Source: Gracilinanus agilis (Eukaryota). Taken from it: a stretch of DNA of 64,000 nucleotides. Of the stretch, positions 13,799-25,952 are shown piece by piece. The position numbers and the translations under genes were made by a program. The stretch spans positions 714,479,988-714,543,987 of the forward strand of contig NC_058131.1 in assembly GCF_016433145.1 (NCBI RefSeq), written 5' to 3'. The notes beneath the pieces were generated by a model. It had not been told where the DNA came from, searched no databases, and worked only from the letters and a program-made list of their open reading frames with translations. Numbering within the stretch: position 1 is the first letter of the stretch; each line of letters begins with the position of its first letter.

Positions 13799-14091
13799 TA
13801 AAATATTCATGGACCCCAATTAACTCTAACACTAGTTGTCTAGCTCCTAATGAATACTTTAAGTCAGCCATAGGCAAACTACAGCCAGCAGGCCAGATGG
13901 GGCCCCCTGAAATATTCTATCCAGCTGGGTGAGATTATTCCTAATCTGATGAATAAAATGAGTAGGATACAATGCAATGAAACTTCGAAAGAGTTGCCTT
14001 AGAAACAGACTGACAGAAGAGCATTTCCTTTCTTTTGACCCCTCTTTAAAAAGTTTGCTCATTACTGCTTTAAGTGTTTTGCCTCTGGTGT

Positions 14092-14330
14092 TGGGGAGCA
14101 CTTGTGGAAGGTGTTTGATAAATAGTCTGATTGGGAGACAGGAAGGCTTGAATTCAAGTTTTTCTTCAGACATATGCTGGCTGTAACACGGGGACAAGTC
14201 ACTTTAAGTTCCAGTGCTCTTGTCAATTATCTACATTGCAGAGAAGCAGCCAGCCTGCATTGATCATGGTAGTCTTATTTACCAGTAAAACTAGGTCAGT
14301 TTTGATCCCTAACATTAACCTACAGCAGAG
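14092..14330 (+). mobile_element. Marsupial MIR3-like CORE-SINE; ends approximate
   Basis: tRNA-like head (GGCTTGAATTCAAG...CAGACA) and tail TTGCAGAGAAGCAGCCAGCCTGCATTGAT. Confidence 0.6.
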
Positions 14331-14579
14331 TGTCTAGAACAAAGTAGATACTTAAGAAATGCATGTCGATTGGTTTCTCAGGAAACAGGAAGTAGCAGAA
14401 ATAATTTTTATCCTTTACCCTCTTTTATCTCTGTCTCAATTGCTTTCCTTCTCTCTGTCTCAGTGTCTTCTCTGCATAACCCCCACTCTCACTTCTTTCT
14501 CCTTTTCCTTCACTTCTTTTCCCTCCCCTTTTTTCTTCCACTCTGTTCCATCTCCCTCATTCCCTCTCCCTCTCAGGTT

Positions 14580-14863
14580 NNNNNNNNNNNNNNNNNNNNN
14601 NNNNNNNNNNNNNNNNNNNNNNNNNNNNNNNNNNNNNNNNNNNNNNNNNNNNNNNNNNNNNNNNNNNNNNNNNNNNNNNNNNNNNNNNNNNNNNNNNNNN
14701 NNNNNNNNNNNNNNNNNNNNNNNNNNNNNNNNNNNNNNNNNNNNNNNNNNNNNNNNNNNNNNNNNNNNNNNNNNNNNNNNNNNNNNNNNNNNNNNNNNNN
14801 NNNNNNNNNNNNNNNNNNNNNNNNNNNNNNNNNNNNNNNNNNNNNNNNNNNNNNNNNNNNNNN
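14580..14863. other. Assembly gap (N run)
   Basis: 284 N. Confidence 1.
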
Positions 14864-16559
14864 CTAAGGTCAGCCTTGGAGTTCAGTGAAAATTCTACTC
14901 TCTTCAATTTCACGAAATGAATAGTGGTCAGAGCTGCTCTGTCTTCCTTCTGTAGAGACAATTGTTAATGTACATTAGGATTCATTTAATACATGTGCAT
15001 GTTTATAGGCATGTTTATGTATATAATTCCAGGGAGAACCCATCAAGACAACTGGTGGCATTTTTTAAAAGTTGCCTGGGGAATTACATGTTGCAAACTT
15101 GTTCGCCGTAGTTGAACATACTTTTCGTCCTTTTCATCAAAAGCTCAGTAAAAATCAGTGAGCATTCTCCTTCTGTAAACAGAAACAAAGGTGGCTGCCC
15201 AAGATGGACTACCCTGCTAATTACTTTTTCATTCTTATAATGGGAAAACAACAGCAACAATCACATAGGCTTCACTTAGTGGAATAATTAACGCTCTGAA
15301 CTTAACACAGGACTCACTTTAAGGATAGAGTTGGAATGAGGTTTCCATTTCCTCTACCTGCCTGTGTTCATTGCCTCACCTGCCAGAGAGCATGAATTTT
15401 CTCATTGCCTCCTTCCTTTTCTCTTTCCTTTACCCCCTAGCCCATATAGAAGGCTATGTGGTAAAATGGAACATTTGATGGATGTGGAAGAAGAGTCTAC
15501 TCTTTTTGTCTTAATATTCCCATAACCTGCCATTGTGCTTGGGATAAAGCAAGTATTATGAAAGGTGGTTACTCATCTGACTCCAATTGGCTTTTTCCAA
15601 TTCAGTCAGTCAGCAAACATTTATTAAGAATTTACTATGTCCAGGTCCTATCCTAAGCATTGTAGACACAAGGAAATTCAAAAAATATGATCTCTGCAGT
15701 CAAGGATCTTACACTTTAATAGGAAAAACAACAGGTAAATAATGCACATTACAAGAAGATATCTTCTATTTCTGACAATAATTTTAATATCCCTGCTTTA
15801 TGGGAAAGGAGAGACGGAACAAGTAATTAGGCACCTGCCATGTGTCAGTCGCCATGTTAAGCAATTTAAAGTATCTCATTTAATCCTTACAACAACTCAG
15901 TGAGAAAAGACTTATAAGCTCATGGAGCTCAGAACTCATAGTGTATATAGAAATAGTTCTAATAAGGTTTCAAATTCATTCAACAATTAAGCACCTACTA
16001 TGTGTGAGACAGACATTCTTCCCCATTATGGGCGTGCAAGATAAAAATGAAAAGAAAAACAAAACCTAAAAATAACCCAATGTCTGCTCTCAAGGAGTGG
16101 GATACCAGTGGGATAGTGAATGTACATCAATAAGTATAATAATTAAGCAATTATATGAGTGTTGCTGGACTTCAGTAGGTCTAGAAGTTAGAGATGAAGA
16201 TTTTGTGCAACTCTGCCTCACTTACCTCCAATTCACATGCAATTCAAGATGTCACTCATTGTATTGTCTTTGGTTTTCTGTGAATAGAAAGGTGGACCCC
16301 AACAAATACCCTGCCTGCGGTCATTTTTGGATGGACTCTACTGCTTCCTTGGCTACCATTGTCAGATTTAGACAAAACCACAGATGACATTTCGTGGTGA
16401 AGCTTTAGTATGGAATATCATGGGATCAGAGGAGCTTTAGACATAGAAGAGTTGATAGAGACCCTTTACATTTGAGAAAGAGGCCAAATAACATGAAGTG
16501 ACTTCCTTGCCGTCACTAAGATAACAAATAGTTGAGCTGGTATATGAAGTGAGACAAAG

Positions 16560-16930
16560 TGAATTGAGCAGAACCAGGGAGAACATTGGATGCAGTAACA
16601 CTAATAATGTACAATGTTCACCTATGAATGAATGGATTATCGGTGATGCAAAGATCCTGGACAACTCCTGGCAACTCCTGAGGAGGAGGGCTATCCACCA
16701 CCATAGAAGGAACTGACAGTCTAAATGCCAATTGAAGCATAATATTTTCTACTTAATTTCCTCCATAAATTTTTCTCTTGTGTAATCAATATGTGTCTTC
16801 TTTGACAACATGATGATCATGGAAATATATTTTATATGTTAACACATGTATAATCTATATCATAGTGCCTACCATCTTGAGGAGTGGGAGGATATGGATC
16901 GCAAAATGTCATCAAATTATTATTAAAAAT
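16560..16930 (+). mobile_element. Old LINE-1 3' fragment; ends approximate
   Basis: ...ATCCACCACCATAGAAGGAACTGAC...AATTGAAGCAT...ACATGTATAATCTATATC, resembling an old marsupial L1 3'UTR. Confidence 0.6.
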
Positions 16931-16931
16931 T

Positions 16932-17095
16932 GGGAGAATCTGGGTTCTAATATTTGATCTCAGATACTTCCTAGCTGTGTCTCTCAAGCCAAGTTACTCA
17001 ACCTCCATTGCCTCACACCTATTGCTCTTTGGCTTGGAATAGATACTTAGTATTGCCTCTAAGACAGAAGGGAAGGGTTTATATAAGTTTTATCA
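16932..17095 (+). mobile_element. Diverged, 5'-truncated SINE1_Mdo-like SINE
   Basis: CTCAGATACTTCCTAGCTGTGT...CTTGGAATAGATACTTAGTATTG...AAGACAGAAGGGAAGGGTTT. Confidence 0.7.
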
Positions 17096-17567
17096 AAACA
17101 TCATCCGTGAAAAAATTAAAATAAAAAAAATAGAGCTGGGATTCAAACCCTGGTCTTCCAACTCCCAAGTCTTATTCTCTTTCCATTGTTCCTCACTTAG
17201 TCTTCAATGAATCCTCTCCTAAAAAAGAATGGTACCTTCTGTAGCTGAGCCAACATTTGGGGTTTGAAGCAGTAAGAGTCAGTAGAAAATGTACTTAGAA
17301 ACATAGAATGTGAATTTGAATCTTTTTCTGCTACCTTTTTACTTGTATCATCCTGGACATGCCACATTTCTTTTTTCTGTCCGTCTGTTTCCTCATTTCC
17401 TGTGTGAGGGCACAACTATAGGACTGAGTGATATATAAAATCCCTTCTAGCATTAAAGATCTTATTTTATCATCCTTTGAACTAGACTTTGACATGCCTG
17501 TGATGTAACTATCCGTTAACAGGAGAACTTAGATGACTCTCACATAAGGGGATCAAGAGAATTTAGA

Positions 17568-17747
17568 GGGGGCAGCTGGGTAGGATTGAGAGTCAGGCCT
17601 AGAGATGAGAGGTCCTAGGTTCAAATCCAGCCTCAGACACTTCCCAGCTGTGTGACCCTGGGCAAGTCACTTGACCCCCATTGCCCACCCTTACCACTCT
17701 TCCACCAAGGAGCCAATACACAGAAGTTAAGGGTTTAAAAAAAAGAG
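17568..17747 (+). mobile_element. SINE1_Mdo/SINE-1_MD-type SINE with a 7 bp A-box deletion
   Basis: GGGGGCAGCTGGGTAG-GATTGAG...GGTTCAAATCC...GGGTTTAAAAAAAA. Perfect TSD AGAGAATTTAGA at 17556-17567 and 17748-17759. Confidence 0.95.
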
Positions 17748-18127
17748 AGAGAATTTAGAAGAGGAGTTGTGAAGCTGAAGAGATAACAGACTAGATATGA
17801 GACATGGGGAATTGATGTCTATAATCTATCTAATAAATAATGCCTGATAGCTGACTGATAATGGGAGACTAGAGTTGGAGGGAGAGACCAAGGTTGTGTA
17901 TTTCCACCTGACCTTCATCTCTAATCCTAAACCTTTTCAGAAAGTGTCCCCCTGCTCCCAGAATTCCTCAGAGATCCGCAACCCATAATCCTTCCTGGGG
18001 GCTTTCTTTTTTCTCCATGGTAAAAAAAGAGAAATGGAAGAATTAACAAACAAAGCCAAACTATTCTGGGCTGTGGCGTGTGAAGTTTTGTGGGCTTGTT
18101 TTCTTGTTTTCTTTTTCTCCCTGACAG

Positions 18128-18847
18128 ATGTCGATGGCTTTATAGGGGCTGACAGCTCTAACTAGCTAGTGTGTTTGTGGTGAGAGGGAGCTTAGAAGAG
18201 ATTATTCCAACCTGTCAAATAACCATCCCGGTGATTGTAAGCAGCTGAACTTGTATAGCCCCAATGAGGTGGAGACAGGCAAAGAAGTGTGGCTGGGCGA
18301 GCCTGACCGGGCAGAACCCATCAAAGCCACTCGCCCGGGCATCTGCCCTAATTGGTGCCCAGACCTTGCCAGTCGGTCGCTGGATTCCTTAGGTTGGTGA
18401 GCACACTCATCTCTCTCCAGTATTTGCTGGGCGAGGACGGTGGCTAATTGCTCTGGCTTCAGTGCCAGGGAAGCAGGCATGCTGAGCTAATAGCTACAGA
18501 TAGAGGGCAGGCACATTCCTGCTAGCAGCACCGAGCAAGCTGCTAGGGAAAGCCAGAGCAGTTGGAAGGCACTGCACAGCGTGGAGGAGCATGGCATGCT
18601 TTCTGGGCTGAGATGCAAAGGGATATGGAGGCATTTTTTATACCAATTCTGAGTCTGGCTTTGCATGGTGAGAGCCTGGCTCTCGGGGACTCCCACAACC
18701 AAGAATGAGCCTCACCTGGCAAAGGATCGCCTTGGACCAAGAATGTGAACAGTCGTTGCTATGAAGAGGATGTTCAGTAATCAGGCTTGGCAGGAAAACT
18801 TGCTGCATAACCTTACATGGGCCGAGCAGGAAACTTTCAGCAGGCAA
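18128..18847 (+). other. Candidate non-coding/5'UTR exon (or first exon) of an unidentified plus-strand gene
   Basis: Polypyrimidine tract 18095-18122 with CAG acceptor at 18125-18127, donor CAA|GTAAGT at 18848, repeat-free and CpG-retaining. No long ORF. The last ATG frame (18761) reaches the donor after 29 codons. Confidence 0.45.
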
Positions 18848-19007
18848 GTAAGTTCTTGATCCCTTTCCCCTCCGTTAAGGCAGCAAGGCAGGGGGAAACT
18901 CCCCAGAAAGTTCATCCTCTGGTCCAGGGGAAAGTAGACCTGCTGGAGAACAGCGCCTTCGGGGATGTTTGTGGCAAGAAACAACAATCATGAGATAGAA
19001 ATGACCC

Positions 19008-19025
19008 TGTGTGTGTGTGAGTGTG

Positions 19026-19059
<34 letters not shown>

Positions 19060-19060
19060 T
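19008..19060 (+). repeat. (TG)n/(TGAG) compound microsatellite
   Basis: Direct reading. Confidence 0.98.
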
Positions 19061-20867
19061 AGGGGAGGGTGGACGTGAGGTGCAGAATTCTTAGTCTCTC
19101 ACTTACCTCAACTTCTAGACTTTTTTCCTCGTGTGGGAACATGAAGCTAAAGCAAAGAGAACCACAATTTTGCATTAGAACTGCTTTTTGATCTTCTTAA
19201 TTTCTATTTCTTCATCAACCCCCCTTTTCTAGCAGTAACACTCCCCTGCCTCCTGCCCTCCCCCCAAAGAGGCACAAGGGAAGGAGAATGGGTCACTGGT
19301 GTTTGTTTTGATGTGCAGGGACATTTAAGGGGAGATTGGAAAGGAAGCTGGATGGGGGGGGGGACTTGAATGAGACCCCCTGTCCATCTAGCTTATTTTA
19401 GAGGGTAGACTTGATATGTAAGCTGGAGTGGTTCTCTCTATATTAAACGATGAGTAATGTTATGCATATTGATTTAGTTTTGCGTTTGTAGAGGCGAATC
19501 CCTCTCCTCGCACCTCAAAATGGCAGGGTCAAGAAGAGAGGACCCTCTAGATGGTGGGAGACGTTGGCAAAGTTCTCCCCCATTGTGCTCCTGCCGGATA
19601 ATGGAGACCCCTCTTTTAGCAGGCAGTTTTTGCCTGAAAACCTATCCGTGAGGCAGCTGGCTCTCGGGCACTGGGGAGAAGAGTAACAAGTTCGAACACC
19701 AGCCTGTTGGTAGTCTCCAAGTGTGTCTCCTGTGCAAACAGATGGTCGTAAATTTAATAGAGTTGCAGGCTGGCTTCACAGTGCCATTGTTAACCAGAGG
19801 ATAGTATGACCATCTTGTGTAAGGTTAACTCAGAGCCTGTCCTCGGAAGCATCACAGAAATGGAGCTAATTGTCAGATCGGGTAACTAAAGAGGTTGGGG
19901 GTGGAGTTGACGTGTCTCCGGCCATCAGGAGAGCAAATAATTTACAAGTTGGCGGCATGTTTTAGGCATGAGAGTCTCCCAGGCTCGTGTTTTCTGAGAA
20001 AAGACTTTGATCATGTTTATTTGTCTCAAATTCACGTTTTCTCTGAAAGTTTGCTCTTGGGGTATAACTTGACCCACTGAGTCTGGCTTACTTATTATAG
20101 CAAAGTGTTATTCAATTCATTTATCTATGAGTGTGTGAGTGGTCAAGTTACAGCAACTCAATCCCCTGGGTTGGGGAGTCACAGTCCTCTGAAACAAGAG
20201 TGCAGGTGAAGGAGAACAAGCATGGGGCCATGGCCGCAGCCCCCTGTTTGCCCAGCAGCTGGCTGCTTGGACCAAGGGGGTGGAGGGCATTCCTTCCCAT
20301 CCCTGTCTCCTGCCAGGGGCTTTCACTCAGGATTCACTTGGTCTCTTGCAAAATGGAGAGTTTAATCTTGACTTTGAAGGGAGCTGTCTGACCTCGCTCA
20401 CTGGTTGGGATAATTATATCATCAACACTTGTCATCTTCCCTTAGGTGTCACACGGGTGGCAGCCAGGGAGGCAGTCATCTGGGAAATTGTGCTCTAGAG
20501 TTTAGAATATTCTTTGCCAAGTATTTGTTTAGAGAAACAAGCAACAGCCCCAAAGCTTGGCCTTCCACTCCTTATTGATTAGCTGTTGCCTTGAATTTTT
20601 CAGTGGCATGTGTCGGGAGATAATATCACATTGAGCATCTCAGTATACACATACGTGTAGATATATATCATATCTGCATATAAAACAGGGTTTATTCTAT
20701 TTCCACAGCTTAAGCTTTACAAAGCACTCCATTAGATATATTAGCTTACTGGTTAAAGTGTATAGAGCATTAGATATTGAAAAGCATATTTGCTTATGTG
20801 TTTATATGATTATATCCACATGAATACACATATAAGTGTGGATATGTATATTTAATATGTATGAGAG

Positions 20868-21089
20868 NNNNNNNNNNNNNNNNNNNNNNNNNNNNNNNNN
20901 NNNNNNNNNNNNNNNNNNNNNNNNNNNNNNNNNNNNNNNNNNNNNNNNNNNNNNNNNNNNNNNNNNNNNNNNNNNNNNNNNNNNNNNNNNNNNNNNNNNN
21001 NNNNNNNNNNNNNNNNNNNNNNNNNNNNNNNNNNNNNNNNNNNNNNNNNNNNNNNNNNNNNNNNNNNNNNNNNNNNNNNNNNNNNNNNN
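20868..21089. other. Assembly gap (N run)
   Basis: 222 N. Confidence 1.
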
Positions 21090-24000
21090 CATTAGCAATG
21101 TGGTATATAATTAAAAAATTAAACAGTTTTTAGTTTAAGTAAAATTTTCACCTAACATATACCAATAAACAAATATCTTTAAGCATGTAGTATGTGCCAG
21201 AGGCTTTGCTATGCACTGACAACATGGAGCCAAAAATGTAGCAGTCTCTACCCTCCTAGAGATTCCATTCTAATCACTATTCCTATAATCAGTTGATCCA
21301 AGCAGAAACCATTCCATCTGACAGAAAAGAGATCTTTCCCTTTTCTAATGGATTGCAATATAAATATGATGTTTTTAACCTTTATTATTAATTACAGTGA
21401 CAAAATAAGGCTTGATGTGAAGTAGGGAAATGGCATTTAATTCATGCAATTAGAACAATGCTGTATGGTGGACAGGAAACTCTAATATGCTGCGCTCCAT
21501 CTGAATTTTGAATTTAAATAATTCTATAGACCCCCACCTGTGTGATCCTGGGTAGTCCCTTTCCTTCTCATCCTGACTTTCCTTCTATGCAAAATGAACC
21601 TGTTGGCCTCTATGAACTTAAAGTTTTTTCACATGTAAATCCATGCTGAGATATATCCTAACATAGGATGTGCGATCTAAGAGGTAGTGAGTTCTTCCTC
21701 ATGAAAGAACCTCCAACAAAGAGTGGATTGCCCATTGGATGACATACAGTGAATTCTCCTTGTGGTATAAGTTGATTTAATTCACTTCTGAGGATCTTTC
21801 TCACTCTGAAATTCTATAATTATGTGAACCCATTTTAAAGACAAGGAAACTTGGATTTGCCCCGAGATCATTAACTAGCAACACACATTTTGCAGTATGT
21901 GCAAGGCGATGTCCTTATCTCCACATCCCACCTTCTAGGTACTCTACTGTTTTCTCTCTCATATAGTGTGCAGACCAAAAATCTAATGGAGTAAAAACAT
22001 ACACACACACACACACACACACACACGGATAAATGTGTATGTTTATTTCGTTTTACTTTATGCTTTCTTGGAAGTGCTTCATCAGACTGCCAGAAGGGTA
22101 TGTGACACAAGAAAAAGAATGATTACAGCACTCTGGTCGAATTGGAAAAGCATTGTACACTGAGTCAAACAGATCTTTCCTCATTGTCCCAACTCTAACT
22201 TACCTATAATGATTTGAATTTCCATAGTGTTTTAATGTGCAAAGTATATATATATATGTATATATATACATATATGTGTATGTATATATATAAATATATA
22301 CACACGTATATGTATATATATATATATACTGATTTAATTTAGCTACATTGTATTTATTCCTTTTTTGTATATCCTTATATATGAATATTGGCTCCCTAAA
22401 TAGAATATGATTTTGTGAGAATAGATTGTATCATTCTTGGTATTTGTGTCTACTTTGATTATTGTATAATAGATACTAAATAATTATTAATTGAGTGATT
22501 TATAAACCTGAGTTCAAGTCTATTTTTACCCCATATGACTTTGATGCCTTAGCCAAGTCATTGATTATCTATAAACCTCAGTTTAATCATTAAGGAAATG
22601 GGGTTGGAGAAGGGATAGGCCTTTCCTACACTCATAAGACCACCGTTGTTTCAGAATTAGAAGGTTCTGTAGAGACTAGTGATCTCATTTTGTAGATAAT
22701 GAAATGAGGACAAAAGAAATTCAGTGACTTAACCAAGATCACCAGGATCAAGAGTCAGAGAGTTATTGTAATTAAAATGCTTTGTAAACCATATTATTGT
22801 CATTTCAGTTATTGCTTTAATGCTGAATATTTTAGAAGGGAGTAGTTGAAATCACCTCAGGGTAATAATTTCAAATGCTTAAAGTATCCTGGAAGATAAG
22901 AAAAATTCGTAGGGTAGCCAAAAATTTTTTTTGTTAAACTTCAGTGTTTCCTTCAATACCTTTTGACTTATAGCAATTAAGGAAACAAAACCTGATAAGC
23001 AAATTGGTCCTTCATTCTATTGAATCATTAGCTAAACAGCATATTTAATTTATGAAAAGATGATAATTCATGATAACAATCTAAATTAAAATGAAAGCAT
23101 GGAAAATAGCCATCTAAAAGTTGATAATAACAACTGTACACATCGCTGTGGGTCTTCAGAGTCTAAGAAACATTCTTTCCCTTCTTTATGGTAATTAAGA
23201 CTTGAATGCATCTTCATCACCATTATACAGAATAGGAAACTGATATTAGCTATATGTACAGAGACATCACTGGCATGTGAGATCAATTCATATTCGTTAA
23301 AATAAATGTTCCTCTAAATGTGGGACTCAACTGTAATAAAAGAAATGTTAGAATTACTTGGGTCTCTCTCAGATAACTTTGTTTATATAAGACCTAGTCA
23401 TTCTACTACATCATTCATTAGGGACAATGGCCATCTCTTTAGCCTGTTGTGCATCACCAATTTAAATGTCAAAAGCACTTTGAAGATGATTTACTCTAAC
23501 CCTTCATTTAACAGAAAAGGAAACTGAGACTCCAACATGTGAAGAATGACCCAAAGGTTAAAGAGAATTCCCAAATTCATAAAAGTAATCAGCAGCTAGC
23601 ATTTAATCTCAAAACCTCTGACTCTGGGGTCTATCTATAGATTGTAGTTCATTTGGATTTTGAAGCTAGAAATATATCTATGTAGTGATAAATTAATGAA
23701 ATAGCATGCCATTCACCTCTTAATTATGTCAGTATATTTTCACAAATATAGATGCATGTATACAAGCCCAAACACATGGATAGATAGATAGATGGATGGA
23801 AGATATAGATGAGAGATAAAAAGATCATAGATAATAGAGATAGCTAGAAGGAAACATATATATGTATATATGCAAATTTACATGACATTTAGAAGTGTAC
23901 CTTTATCTCTACTATCATTTTTCACCTATACAGGGACTCTTTTGTATTTTATGGAATAAATTGACCCAAAGTCATTTCGGGTCATGGTAGTACCTTAGCT

Positions 24001-25693
24001 GTTTCTTCCTTTCTGAATTACTGTTTTCCCCCCTAAATTCTGAACCATTATAGACTTCTCTGATGACTGTATGTAATATCTATTTGAGTTTCAACAGCTG
24101 TCTTGCTGTTTTGGTGCAGAAACAGATACTTTGGTTGTATAACAGTGATTTTAAGACATGAATTTGGTTATTCTCTCTCCAAATAACATTCTGATGTAGA
24201 ACTAGTTCCTTCATAGTTGAGCACTTTAATTGCATATTCTATTATTACCTCTTAAAAATCAAGTGCTCTGGATTTATGACATCATTGGCATCTTGGGTCT
24301 CCCTCACTTGGTCCCCTCATTTACAGATTTCATTGACAAATGTGGAATTGCCACCACATGGCATTGGAGAATTAATTAATGTCTTCTGTCAATTTCTAGT
24401 GAGAAAGTAGTCCCACTAGGCATAATTGATAGCAATAATATATTCTCTCCTGTTCATCTCAGCATTATGTTCAAAGGTTCAATACACCTAGAAGCTGACT
24501 TGCTCTGTATTTCCTATTTAAGTTACAGCTGTTCCCATTCCAGTTCCAATCTAGCTTTCTAAGTTTGTACTATTCCCCTGAAAGTACCCACTCTGTGACC
24601 CAACCCAACTGTCCCATCTGTTAGTCTCAGACATTGGCGTTTCATCCCTGCACTGATATCAAGTACATCCTTTGTCCAATGCTTTATGTGTACTCATCGA
24701 TCATAGATTTTAGAGCTGGAATGGGGTCATCTAATCCAACTCCTTCAGTTTATAGGGGAAGAAAGTGGGGTCCAAGTACATGATTCACTCAGGAGTACTG
24801 GGAACAACTTGCAAAGGCAGGCTTTGAAACGTTTATCTTAGTCTGTACCCATAATTCTTTCTGTTTTTCTTACTTTCACCCCTTAGCATCCTTAGCTTTC
24901 TTCAAGAATCAATTTATATACCAGCTCTCACAGGAATTCTTTCTTAATAGCTATTAATCTCCTCTCCCCCCTCCTCAAAATTATATCACTTTTCTGACGA
25001 CATATCATAGATCTCAGACCAAATGTACTCTCCTCAAGAGTGTAGTTTTGTTCATTGATTTTTTTATTGTCTTTGTGTCTCCAATCCTTGGACTCAAAAT
25101 TTTACAGAGTAGGTGCTTAATAAATAGATTAGAAAACTGGAGGCACACATTATCATGTAGGCTTTTAGCATCATAGATCTAGAGCTGGAAGCAAAGTCAA
25201 TTTGTAGAGTCAGACCTCTTCATTTTTCAACAGACAGCCATGACAACCAGAGAATAAGTTGACTGGTAAGCCTGAAGTTGACAAAAGTTAGTAAGTCTAG
25301 GTGGAGAAAATAAACCTCAAGGCTCACTGTTCTTTCTTTGACCTTGGACAAAAGTTGAAATTTTTACCCTTAAAGACCCTCATCCTGTAACTTTCTGGAC
25401 CTTTGATTGCTAAATAAATGAATAAAAAACAAACAAATAAATAAACAAACAAATGAATGAATGAATATGCCAAGTACTAACCAAAATATAGAATCTGGAA
25501 TAAGAAGACCTGGGTTTGATTGTGACTTGGCAACTGTATTTTCACCATCTTTTGTCATTTTATAAAATGAAGCAATTAAATGAGAAAACTTTTTTTTTTA
25601 TCTCATCTAGCTCCAAAGATGTTGTGAATAATAAAGTGCGCAAATTTAGTTTCCACCTAATATAGGTATGGACAAGAATGGGCTTAACTTCTT

Positions 25694-25952
25694 GAGGCAG
25701 TGAGGTGGTACAATAGATAGAGTATAGGACCTGGAATCAGAAAGACTCATCTTCCTGTGTTCAAATCTAGTTTCAGACACTTATTAGCTGTATAACCCCA
25801 GGCCAGTGACTTAATGCTGTTTGCCTCAGTACTTTATCCATAAGATGAAGCAGAGAATGAAATGGCAAACTATTCCAGCATCTTTGCCAAGAAAACTTCC
25901 ACCAAAATGGGTCATGAAGAATCAGATGTGATTGGAAACAATTGAGCAACAA
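25694..25952 (+). mobile_element. MAR1-type CORE-SINE
   Basis: GTTCAAATCTAG...AAATGGCAAACTATTCCAGCATCTTTGCCAAGAAAAC...GGGTCATGAAGAATCAG. Confidence 0.85.

Larger units (their letters stand above)
18050..20500. promoter_or_regulatory. CpG-retaining, repeat-free promoter/enhancer-like region
   Basis: About 40 CpGs in 2.45 kb by manual count, versus about 6 in the first 2 kb of the window. No interspersed repeat recognised. TGACAG x3, E-boxes and a minus-strand TATAAA at 18139-18144. Confidence 0.55.

Noticed and set aside
14359-14961. Long ORFs of 134-176 aa (likewise 20802-21133 and 37728-38033)
   Set aside because: Artefacts of N runs translated as X.
18202-18480. 92 aa minus-strand ORF MPASLALKPEQL... 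in the GC-richer region
   Set aside because: No recognisable domain. It is antisense to the splice signals, and ORFs of this length are expected in GC-richer DNA.
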